From: Synechococcus elongatus PCC 6301
Lineage (GTDB): Bacteria; Cyanobacteriota; Cyanobacteriia; Synechococcales; Synechococcaceae
NCBI RefSeq assembly: GCF_000010065.1
Contig: NC_006576.1
Span: 1,560,001 to 1,592,000 of the forward strand
Direction: 5' to 3'
Length of the DNA stretch: 32,000 nucleotides
Shown here in pieces: positions 24,761 through 32,000 of the stretch. Under the pieces are notes generated by a model. The model searched no databases. It saw nothing but the letters and a program-made list of their open reading frames with translations, and was not told where the DNA came from. Numbering within the stretch: the stretch's first letter is position 1; every line of letters starts with the position of its first letter. The translations under genes were made by a program, and so were the position numbers.

Positions 24761-25683
24761 GCTGGCTGGGACTGCACAGGTTGGCGGGCCAAAGTGGAAT
24801 CTAGGGTTGACGCCAAAGTCGCAAAAGCTACTTGTTCGAGGTTGGCGAATGACCAGCCTGCGGCCCGAAACACAGGCCGATGATCGGGCCAAATGGCGCG
24901 TAGGGTTAGCCAGAGGAGGCTGCGCTGCAAGGCATGACTGAGGCGGCGACGCCATGGCGATCGCTCGCGACGGAGGTGTTGCAACTGCACAGCTTGGAAG
25001 CGGAGATGCTGACTCTCATCCCATTCAATTTGGCGGGCGATGGTTTGAAGCAGGGGTGAGGCGATCGCCTGTTGTAGAGCTTGGGCGTAGAGTAGACTGA
25101 CAATTTCGGCATTGAGCAAGACAGTCAACGCTGTTTCGAGGTTGAGGTTCTGTCGCCGCAACCGCCGAAAAGTTTGATCGAGCCAGTGCGATCGCAGGCA
25201 GGGTTGCTGAATAGCCTTGAGGAAGCGACCCAAATCAGCGGCGTGGCGCTGTTCCTCGCGAATGAACCACTGCATTGCTGATGCTAAGTCGGGGTCACCG
25301 CCATTGGCAATCCAGCGATGGGTTGCCCGCATCAAGTTATGGCCTTCGGAATATTCACCCAGTTGAAACATGGCAATCGATCGCCAAAAAGCAGGCGGAT
25401 AATCTGCAGCGGTTATTCCGGCTTCGGCAGGCAAAGGCAGTAATTGGGCATGATTACGCTGAAAGTAGGCTAACCAGTCTGCAGCCGTTTGCCGCTTGTC
25501 TTGCCACAAAGGGTTGGGGGGGGTGAAAGCTGAGGAGGCATAAAAACACTGCTGGGCAGTGAGGAAAATTGCCAGAGCTGATGAGGAAACTAGCACTCTT
25601 TCTTGGGGAACACCACGCTTATGAACTTTTCTGAAAGAAGGGAGCAAGATTGAGGAGAGAAAACAGTCATCACTGTTAATCAC
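24757..25683 (-). CDS. ferritin-like diiron-carboxylate superfamily protein (putative)
   Basis: 308 aa; four spaced metal-ligand-like helices: FQLGEYSEGHNLMRA, WFIREEQRHAADLGRF, LLNAEIVSLLYAQAL, IEWDESQHLRFQAVQL. Confidence 0.6.
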   Translation of the reverse strand: MINSDDCFLSSILLPSFRKVHKRGVPQERVLVSSSALAIFLTAQQCFYASSAFTPPNPLWQDKRQTAADWLAYFQRNHAQLLPLPAEAGITAADYPPAFWRSIAMFQLGEYSEGHNLMRATHRWIANGGDPDLASAMQWFIREEQRHAADLGRFLKAIQQPCLRSHWLDQTFRRLRRQNLNLETALTVLLNAEIVSLLYAQALQQAIASPLLQTIARQIEWDESQHLRFQAVQLQHLRRERSPWRRRLSHALQRSLLWLTLRAIWPDHRPVFRAAGWSFANLEQVAFATLASTLDSTLARQPVQSQPA

Positions 25684-25760
25684 TACGCGATCGCAAAGAG
25701 TGATTGGTTGTTAATAGCACTCTGAGGAAATTAGATGTCTTTAGTCACTCTTAATAGTCA

Positions 25761-26525
25761 GTGGCTATGGAACTAAAGCGACTGATTGCAGCACTTACAG
25801 TTCTGCTGTTAGCGGCTTGTCAACCGGATAGCCGCCTCAGTGAAACGCCACCAGTGGCAGAGCTGGCAACAGTGATTTCCGTAACGGTGGGTCCTTATCA
25901 CTTGCGTCTCCCTTTAGTGGCAATCACTTGGGCAGGAAGATCTAAAGTGTCGCAGCCTTGTGAGGAAGAAAAATCCCAGCGATTGTGTTCTGTGCCGATG
26001 GAAACACTTGTGGAATCTGCACAAAAGGAAAGGGCGATCGCGGCAAGCAGCCTTGAGATTCTGCTGGATGACTACAGCACCTTTAAGAATTTGAAGCTCG
26101 ATCGCTGGTTTGATATTCCACAACTTTGTGAACAACTCACTCAGCGCTGGGCACGTCAGCAGTGCACTGGGCCGTCTTTGTTTCAGGACAACCTGCGAAG
26201 GTTCACTCTCATTAAGCAGGAGTCGCTACCAAGGGTTAACAGTCTAGGTTTGATTGGGGGACAGAAGGAGCCGATCAGACAGGTAGTTCAGAGGATGGAG
26301 TTTATTGGCGATGATCCGACGGCTGATTGTGCAGATGATGGTCAGGGTCTCTGCACAGTAGCTATGCAACTTGAAGGAAATGTCCTCGCCATCTGGGTTG
26401 TTGCGATCGCGGATGTTAATTCAATTCAAAGACAAGCGATCACAATTCGAGCTTTTTTGAAGTATGCGGCAGGGAAAGAAGAGAACTACAAGATATTAGA
26501 AGCAGCGTTATCTATCAATAATTAA
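25761..26525 (+). CDS. putative lipoprotein of unknown function
   Basis: 254 aa from GTG (ATG alternative 25767); signal and lipobox LIAALTVLLLAACQPDS. Confidence 0.6.
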   Translation: MAMELKRLIAALTVLLLAACQPDSRLSETPPVAELATVISVTVGPYHLRLPLVAITWAGRSKVSQPCEEEKSQRLCSVPMETLVESAQKERAIAASSLEILLDDYSTFKNLKLDRWFDIPQLCEQLTQRWARQQCTGPSLFQDNLRRFTLIKQESLPRVNSLGLIGGQKEPIRQVVQRMEFIGDDPTADCADDGQGLCTVAMQLEGNVLAIWVVAIADVNSIQRQAITIRAFLKYAAGKEENYKILEAALSINN

Positions 26526-26592
26526 AAGCATAAAAAAATTAATATTTACTTGAAATTTTCAATGAAGATAAGCGGCATCATTAACATAGCTT

Positions 26593-26877
26593 TTAATCAC
26601 GGCGACCAAGAATATTTTTCTCAATTTTTTCTTTTATTCGACTTTCATAAAAGCTAGAGTATGGATAGATTACAAGACTAATAATTGCACAGGCAGCCCC
26701 TAAAACTGCTGAAAGAATCCAAATATCAGAGTTTGAAGATAGAGTGCCTGACTGCACAATGAAGAAGGGGAGTACCGCACAGATAAGGATTATTATCCCT
26801 ATTAGAAAATTAGCAATTAGCCCTAAGAAGCCAGAATAAGAAGGCGTATACGACCAAAACCAAGAGAGCAGCACCAA
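26593..26877 (-). CDS. small membrane protein (two or three TM helices)
   Basis: 94 aa; GFLGLIANFLIGIIILICAVLPFFIV ... WILSAVLGAACAIISLVIYPYSS. Confidence 0.5.
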   Translation of the reverse strand: MVLLSWFWSYTPSYSGFLGLIANFLIGIIILICAVLPFFIVQSGTLSSNSDIWILSAVLGAACAIISLVIYPYSSFYESRIKEKIEKNILGRRD

Positions 26878-27084
26878 TGCCTACTAGGTAATTACTAGAT
26901 TGCAACAAGTCAACTTCAGACATATCCGATTACCAAGTACTCAGAGAAAAACCACAGAAAGTGCAGAAGAAGCATAAAGGCATTTACTGTGTTTTAGTAG
27001 AATAAGATTTCAACTACTGACAACCTTGATTTTTTTAGATTCTCTTTAGGAGTCAGATTCTTTTATGAACTCGGAACAGAAGAG

Positions 27085-27216
27085 TTACATCCCATGTAGA
27101 AGGTTCGCGATCGCAGCATAAATCTCTTGCAAATCAGTCGGTGCTAGACAGTAAGGCGGGAGCAGATAGAGAGCATTACCGAACGGACACAGGAACAAGC
27201 TAAGGGCGATCGCTCC
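27085..27216 (-). pseudogene. truncated, diverged second copy of the bioA 3' end
   Basis: Minus-strand in-frame reading AIALSLFLCPFGNALYLLPPYCLAPTDLQEIYAAIANLLHGM* versus intact bioA AIARGLLLRPLGNVLYLLPPYCLTPTELQDIYAAIADLLDEI* (29/42 identical by hand alignment). Similarity ends abruptly near 27216. Confidence 0.88.
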
Positions 27217-27376
27217 TGCTTTAGTTTTAAGTAATGTCCAAAACTAAAAGCCTCTTCCTAGGGAATACACAACTCATCTTTGATGGTTGTGAGTGATAGT
27301 TGGCGATAGGCTGGGTATAGTAGGAGCTAAGTCGGTCAGTTAATTAAACTTCAGTAGCACTAGAGATACCAATCAA

Positions 27377-27709
27377 ATGACTGTTCAGGCGAACGAATTA
27401 CCAATTGAGAAAGTCACTGAGTTTTGTCATAAGTGGAAAGTGACTGAGCTTGCTCTATTTGGCTCTGTTTTACGTCATGATTTTCGTCCTGATAGTGATA
27501 TTGATATAATGGTTGATTTTCATCCTGATTTTTGTCCGACTTTCCAAACGTTAGATCTTATGGAGGCAGAACTTAAAACAATATTTCAGCGAGAAGTTGA
27601 TCTCATTACTCGTCAAGGAATTGAATCGAGTCTAAACTACTTACGCCGTCACGAAATTCTTTCTTCCGCTCAGATAATTTATGGGACGAGATCTTCAGTA
27701 TCTGCTTGA
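27377..27709 (+). CDS. mntA: MNT-domain nucleotidyltransferase antitoxin (MntA-like)
   Basis: 110 aa; GSVLRHDFRPDSDIDIMVDF matches the GSx10DxD minimal nucleotidyltransferase motif; overlaps a HEPN gene. Confidence 0.88.
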   Translation: MTVQANELPIEKVTEFCHKWKVTELALFGSVLRHDFRPDSDIDIMVDFHPDFCPTFQTLDLMEAELKTIFQREVDLITRQGIESSLNYLRRHEILSSAQIIYGTRSSVSA

Positions 27710-28034
27710 TATACTGCAATCCGCAGAATTGATCCTGACATACATGAATCAGTGCTCTCGCGAGGATTTTACGACCAACCTTCAACTACAAGACGCAGTG
27801 ATTAGACGCCTTTTGATTATTGCCGAAACAGCGAAGCGTATCTCAGAGCAAGCTCGACAGTCATTACCGACTATTCCTTGGCAGGAAATCAACGGAATGC
27901 GGAATCGATTAGTGCATGAATACGATGATATTAATTTGAGTATTGTTTGGAATGTAGTTGAGACTGAGCTACCTGTTTTAATTCAAGAGCTAAAAGCTTT
28001 GATCCCTCCAGAGACAGGAACGACACCCCTCTGA
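27681..28034 (+). CDS. hepT: HepT-like HEPN RNase toxin
   Basis: 117 aa; Rx4HxY motif in NGMRNRLVHEYDDINLSIVWNVV; start overlaps the MNT gene by 29 nt. Confidence 0.88.
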   Translation: MGRDLQYLLDILQSAELILTYMNQCSREDFTTNLQLQDAVIRRLLIIAETAKRISEQARQSLPTIPWQEINGMRNRLVHEYDDINLSIVWNVVETELPVLIQELKALIPPETGTTPL

Positions 28035-28127
28035 GCTGGATGGAGAGAAGCTGCAGAGCTATTCGGTTCAACATCACTTCTAGATGAACCTACTAGCACT
28101 CAGTTTGATGAGGATGAATGGCAGTAG
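28035..28127 (+). pseudogene. C-terminal remnant resembling a MazE/AbrB-type antitoxin, directly behind and in frame with the hepT stop
   Basis: Reads AGWREAAELFGSTSLLDEPTSTQFDEDEWQ*, like the GW..A....D..LLDEP..T.wDE.EW tail recalled for cyanobacterial AbrB/MazE antitoxins; no start codon or DNA-binding domain upstream. Confidence 0.55.
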
Positions 28128-28144
28128 GATAGCTATTTCAGTTT

Positions 28145-29419
28145 TTAAATTTCATCTAAAAGATCGGCGATCGCAGCATAAATATCCTGCAACTCAGTTG
28201 GTGTTAGACAGTACGGCGGGAGCAGATAGAGAACATTGCCGAGTGGACGCAGGAGCAATCCACGGGCGATCGCAGCTTGACGAACGCGCAAGCCAATCGG
28301 GTCGAGATAGCCCCCGCGATCGCTGACTAAATCACAAGCGGCAATACCGCCAGTCAGCCGTGGCCTAGTCACTTTTGGATGCTGAGCTAATAGCTCTAAG
28401 CCGGGTAGATGAGCATCTTCTAGTCCTTGCACGATCGCCTCAGAATCTAGCAGTAATTCCAAGCTGGCGATCGCGGCTGCACAACCTAAAGGATTCGCTG
28501 TATAACTGTGGCCATGATAGAAAGTATGGTCAGGATTGCCACTGCAAAACGTGTCGTAAATCACTTCCGTTGCCACCGTAATCGACAGCGGCAAAAAGCC
28601 CCCGGTTAGCCCTTTCGAGAGGCAGATTAAATCCGGCTGAATGCCCGCTCGTTGGCACGCAAACCAAGCCCCCGTTCGGCCAAAGCCGGTCATCACTTCA
28701 TCAGCAATCAGCAGTGACCCTGCCGCTTGCACCCGTGCCGCCAGTTGTTGCAAAAACTGCGGACGCGCCATCCGCATTCCACCCGCACCTTGCACCAGTG
28801 GCTCAATGATCACCGCCGCTACATCGCCCGCCGCTAGTGCTTGCTCTACTGCCGCGATCGCCGCTGCCTCTTTTGCCTCAACGGTTTCATCGCCCCACCA
28901 AGTCTCGGGATAGGGCAAAAACTCGACGCTGAACAGCAGCTTTTCAAACGGCGCATTAAAGAGCGATCGCTCCCCAACCGACATCGCCCCAAAGGTGTCG
29001 CCGTGATAAGCCCCGTCAAACGCTAAAATGCGCGATCGCGGCTGATCCAAGTTGTGCCAATACTGCAGCGCCATCTTCAGCGCCACTTCCACCGCCGTCG
29101 AGCCATTGTCCGAGAAGAAAACTCGCGTTAGTTTCTCCGGCAGAATCTTGCAGAGTTCCATCGCCAGACGTTCGGCTGGCTCATGGCTAAAGCCTGCAAA
29201 AATCACATGCTCCAGCGTCGCTGCTTGCTGGGCGATCGCTTCCACAATCCGCAGGTGAGCATGACCGTGCAGATTCACCCACCAACTCGAAATGCAGTCG
29301 ATTAGCTCGCGCCCATCAGCTAATGTCAAACGCGCACCTTTGCCCGAAACTACTTTGAGCGGATCCGGCGCATCTTTAACTGATGTAAAAGGGAACCAAA
29401 GGTGCGGATGGCTAGGCAT
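28145..29419 (-). CDS. bioA: adenosylmethionine-8-amino-7-oxononanoate aminotransferase
   Basis: 424 aa; HLWFPFTS, ISSWWVNLHGHAHLRIVEAIAQQAATLEHVIFAGFSHEPAERLA, FSDNGSTAVEVALKMALQYW, IADEVMTGFGRTG, DLICLSKGLTGGFLPLSITVATEVIYDTF. Confidence 0.97.
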   Translation of the reverse strand: MPSHPHLWFPFTSVKDAPDPLKVVSGKGARLTLADGRELIDCISSWWVNLHGHAHLRIVEAIAQQAATLEHVIFAGFSHEPAERLAMELCKILPEKLTRVFFSDNGSTAVEVALKMALQYWHNLDQPRSRILAFDGAYHGDTFGAMSVGERSLFNAPFEKLLFSVEFLPYPETWWGDETVEAKEAAAIAAVEQALAAGDVAAVIIEPLVQGAGGMRMARPQFLQQLAARVQAAGSLLIADEVMTGFGRTGAWFACQRAGIQPDLICLSKGLTGGFLPLSITVATEVIYDTFCSGNPDHTFYHGHSYTANPLGCAAAIASLELLLDSEAIVQGLEDAHLPGLELLAQHPKVTRPRLTGGIAACDLVSDRGGYLDPIGLRVRQAAIARGLLLRPLGNVLYLLPPYCLTPTELQDIYAAIADLLDEI

Positions 29420-30044
29420 GGAAAAGCTGGTTGAAGGTGTCTTTCAAAACTTGCGGATTTAGTGCGGGTAACGGTTCTAGCTCCGCCAAAATCGGCACTT
29501 GGCCATAGTGAGCGATCGCAGCGCAGTTCTCAGGATTGCGTGGGCCATTGACGATCACGCCCAGAATCGGCACCTCAGCTGCCCGCAGCGCCGCGATTGA
29601 TAGCAGAGTGTGATTGATCGTCCCCAACTTGCTCCGCGCCACCAAAACAACCGGCAACTGCAACTGGCGAATTAAATCGAGAATCAAGTCCTGCTCATTC
29701 AAGGGCACCAGTAAACCGCCCGCCCCTTCGACAATCAGCGATCCCGAGACTTCCGGCAGTTGAAAATCCTGGAGGTTAATCTGCACCTGCTCCAAGCGCG
29801 ATGCCAAATGGGGCGACAGTGGGGCTTCGAGTCGGTAGCGCTCGGGAATGACGCGGTCGGGCGTTAGCCCTGCCCAAGCTGCCACGCGATCGCGATCGCC
29901 ACCCAAGCCTTCCAGCCCACACTGCACCGGCTTCCAGTAGCTTGCGCCCAAACCCGCTGCCAGCAAAGCCGAAACCACGGTTTTGCCGACATCCGTATCG
30001 GTGCCAGTCACGAAAAAGCGATCGGGAAATGCGAACTGAGGCAT
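29412..30044 (-). CDS. bioD: dethiobiotin synthetase
   Basis: FFVTGTDTDVGKTVVSALLAAGLG, YWKPVQCG, LIVEGAGGLLVPL; ORF track start 30068 (MFSADLTC) possible, MPQFAFP at 30044 likelier. Overlaps bioA start by 8 nt. Confidence 0.94.
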   Translation of the reverse strand: MPQFAFPDRFFVTGTDTDVGKTVVSALLAAGLGASYWKPVQCGLEGLGGDRDRVAAWAGLTPDRVIPERYRLEAPLSPHLASRLEQVQINLQDFQLPEVSGSLIVEGAGGLLVPLNEQDLILDLIRQLQLPVVLVARSKLGTINHTLLSIAALRAAEVPILGVIVNGPRNPENCAAIAHYGQVPILAELEPLPALNPQVLKDTFNQLFHA

Positions 30045-30049
30045 GCAGG

Positions 30050-30871
30050 TTAAGTCAGCAGAGAACAACGGGGATCAGGGCAGCTCACCGGCGCGATCGC
30101 TGCAGGTACAGGCGATTTTTGCCACAGCCCCCACCAAAATTCTTGCTCAATCGGTTGCGATCGCTGATCCCAAGCTTGGAGTAAGCGCCGAAATTGCTGG
30201 GGTGGCAGAGGATCGGCCGCTGTTGCCGTCGCTCCGAGGTCTTTGAGTTGCCGGAAAAAGTGGCGGGCGTTGGTGATCGGTAACGTCAGGCGATCGCAAG
30301 ATCCCTGCTGGAGTTGTCCCGATCGCGACAAGACGGCCTGAATCTCAGCTGCCTCCGGCAGTGGATGTCCCGTAAAGGGAATCTGCAACTGCTCACAGAG
30401 CTGTCGCCAGACCTGAAAACTGCCTGCTGTCGGCACTGCTAGTAAGAGCCAGCCGCCCGGAACTAAAGCCGCTTGCCAGCGCTGCAAACTCGCTAGCGGA
30501 TCTGGCAGCCATTGCAGGGCAAAACTACTGGCGATCGCGGCATAGGCGGGTTCTGGGCGGACGGTCGCTCCATCCAAAACCTGAAACTGGAGCTGAGGCG
30601 ATCGCGGTAAATTCTGCTCACAGGCAGCCAGCATCGCCGGTGAAAGATCAGAGCAAATCAGGGAGCGATCGGGCCAAGTCTGGTGCAGTTTTCGACTGAG
30701 TAAGCCTGTGCCACAGCCGATTTCAAGGATCGGTCCCGCTGGCAAGTCAATAGCTCTAAAAGCGGTACTCAAGCGATCGACAGCGACTTTCTGGGCGATC
30801 GCCACCGATTCATAGGTTCTGGCAGCAGCGCCAAACTGCTGACCAATTTTGGCGGGGGTTAGCGCACTCAT
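30050..30871 (-). CDS. bioC: malonyl-ACP O-methyltransferase
   Basis: IGQQFGAAARTYESVAIAQKVAVDRL, ILEIGCGTGLLSRKLHQTWPDRSLICSDLSPAML, YAAIASSFALQWLPDPLASLQRW; ATG at 30871 overlaps upstream stop (ATGA). Confidence 0.92.
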   Translation of the reverse strand: MSALTPAKIGQQFGAAARTYESVAIAQKVAVDRLSTAFRAIDLPAGPILEIGCGTGLLSRKLHQTWPDRSLICSDLSPAMLAACEQNLPRSPQLQFQVLDGATVRPEPAYAAIASSFALQWLPDPLASLQRWQAALVPGGWLLLAVPTAGSFQVWRQLCEQLQIPFTGHPLPEAAEIQAVLSRSGQLQQGSCDRLTLPITNARHFFRQLKDLGATATAADPLPPQQFRRLLQAWDQRSQPIEQEFWWGLWQKSPVPAAIAPVSCPDPRCSLLT

Positions 30872-31536
30872 GCCGCCAATACCTCTTGGAGCCAAGCCTG
30901 ACAATCGGCGATCGCGGTGACTGGCAGGGCGTGACCTTGGCGTGGCCAAAATTTCCACGCTGTCGGCTGCAACTGGTCAATGAGAGTCTGCGCCCGTTCA
31001 ATCGGCACAATGCGATCGCTCTCGCCGTGCAGCACCAGCCGCTGAGGAATCCGCAGCAAAGGTTCAATGGCAAGCTGACTGCGATCGAGCTGTTCCAAAT
31101 CTGCCAACAAGCGATCGCGATCGGGGGCGATCGCCGGTAATTCCGGCGCAGTTTGCGGTCGATAGCACTGGCGATAGAAACCCTGCAAACCAGCGAGTGG
31201 ATCAGATGCGATCGCGTCTCGTAATTGCCCTAACGCCTGCTGAGACTGGGTTTTCGCCGGTTCTAGCTCCGGATGATAAGCCGTGAAACCGCCCCAACAA
31301 ATCAGACAATCTGCTCGCGCCACCAAGTCTGCTGGTAGCCAATGCAATCCCCAAGAATGGGTCAGCAACCAGAGGCGATCGCCTAACGCTGGCCAATCCA
31401 ACTGGGGCGACCCCCAATAGCCGCGATCGCCGGCCCAAAAGTCTGCGCCCTGCGCCCGAAACCAGTCCTGCCAAGGCTGCCAGCTTGCCGCAGACCAGCC
31501 CCAGCCATGAAAAGCCAGCACCGACCAACGACTCAT
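30868..31536 (-). CDS. small alpha/beta hydrolase, candidate pimeloyl-ACP methyl ester carboxylesterase (BioH functional equivalent)
   Basis: 222 aa; LAFHGWGWSAASWQPW, nucleophile elbow THSWGLHWLP, RLVLHGESDRIVPIERAQTL, GHALPVT; translationally coupled between bioF and bioC. Confidence 0.8.
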   Translation of the reverse strand: MSRWSVLAFHGWGWSAASWQPWQDWFRAQGADFWAGDRGYWGSPQLDWPALGDRLWLLTHSWGLHWLPADLVARADCLICWGGFTAYHPELEPAKTQSQQALGQLRDAIASDPLAGLQGFYRQCYRPQTAPELPAIAPDRDRLLADLEQLDRSQLAIEPLLRIPQRLVLHGESDRIVPIERAQTLIDQLQPTAWKFWPRQGHALPVTAIADCQAWLQEVLAA

Positions 31537-32000
31537 ACCCAGCCCTCACTCAGCACTGTTACAAGCTGGTGCAGGTGTTGCGGTTGATGATCGCTGCGCA
31601 AGACCAGCCGCAATCGCGCCGTCCCCTCGGGTACCGTCGGCGGCCGGATCGCTATCGCTAAAATTCCTGCTGCCTCCAGTCGCTGCGCCAAAGCCAAAGC
31701 TTGCTCAGACTCCCCCACCAGCAGCGGCACAATCTGCGTTTCTGAGGGGCCACAATCCCAGCCGCGATCGCGACAACTCTGCCGCAATTCCGCTGCGATC
31801 GCCTGCAGATGCTGCCGTTCTGGTTCTAGTTCCGGTAATAACTGCACGGCAGCCAAAGCTGCAGCCACGACCGGCGGGGCGATCGCCGTCGTATAAATCA
31901 GCCCCGGACAGGTGTTGATCCAGTAATCACAGAGCGATCGCGAAGCCACCACAAAAGCTCCTGCCGATCCACAGGCTTTGCCAAAGGTGCCAACCGCCAC
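31533..32000 (-). CDS. bioF: 8-amino-7-oxononanoate synthase, C-terminal part (5' end runs off the window)
   Basis: GTFGKACGSAGAFVVASRSLCDYWINTCPGLIYTTAIAPP; ATGA-type overlap with the hydrolase gene. Confidence 0.88.
   Translation of the reverse strand: MAVGTFGKACGSAGAFVVASRSLCDYWINTCPGLIYTTAIAPPVVAAALAAVQLLPELEPERQHLQAIAAELRQSCRDRGWDCGPSETQIVPLLVGESEQALALAQRLEAAGILAIAIRPPTVPEGTARLRLVLRSDHQPQHLHQLVTVLSEGWV

Noticed and set aside
27260-27376. Clear sigma-70 promoter for mntA/hepT
   Set aside because: A TATAGT-like hexamer exists, but no convincing -35 at proper spacing, so no promoter is annotated.
28084-29258. ORFs antisense to bioA (28084..28326, 28375..28581, 28641..28913)
   Set aside because: bioA is unambiguous; these readings have no family signature.
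1-32000. CRISPR array, tRNA/rRNA genes or complete transposase
   Set aside because: No regularly spaced repeats, no cloverleaf or rRNA-like sequence, and no transposase/integrase ORF could be recognised by eye.

Overview
This is cyanobacterial chromosome, most consistent with Synechococcus elongatus (dense GCGATCGC 'HIP1' palindromes in most of the window, typical gene content). The species call is inference. Left third (about 0-15.7 kb, possibly to 17.4 kb) is a surface-glycan or protein-glycosylation cluster. It encodes an RmlC-like epimerase, a sugar C-methyltransferase, a DegT aminotransferase, a GNAT, a CmcI-like methyltransferase, GT2 and GT2+GT4 proteins, an SPY/OGT-type (GT41) TPR protein, and two related TPR/GT proteins, one with an exostosin-like N-terminus. 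The cluster surrounds a tandem pair of near-identical type IV pilin genes. The middle holds an FAD oxidoreductase, rpmB, an ArsB/SLC13-like permease, folB, gnd, a NUDIX protein and a ferritin-like protein. The right end holds a biotin cluster (bioF - alpha/beta hydrolase - bioC - bioD - bioA). An MntA/HepT nucleotidyltransferase/HEPN toxin-antitoxin module sits between the 3' end of bioA and a diverged, truncated second copy of the bioA 3' end. An in-frame MazE/AbrB-antitoxin-like tail remnant follows hepT. The strongest unusual signals are: (1) the bioA-3'/MntA-HepT/antitoxin-tail mosaic; (2) the pilin tandem with a 5'-biased divergence pattern, a large hairpin after each copy and flanking glycosyltransferase genes; (3) a ~12 kb segment containing only one HIP1 site; (4) an exostosin-TPR-GT fusion.
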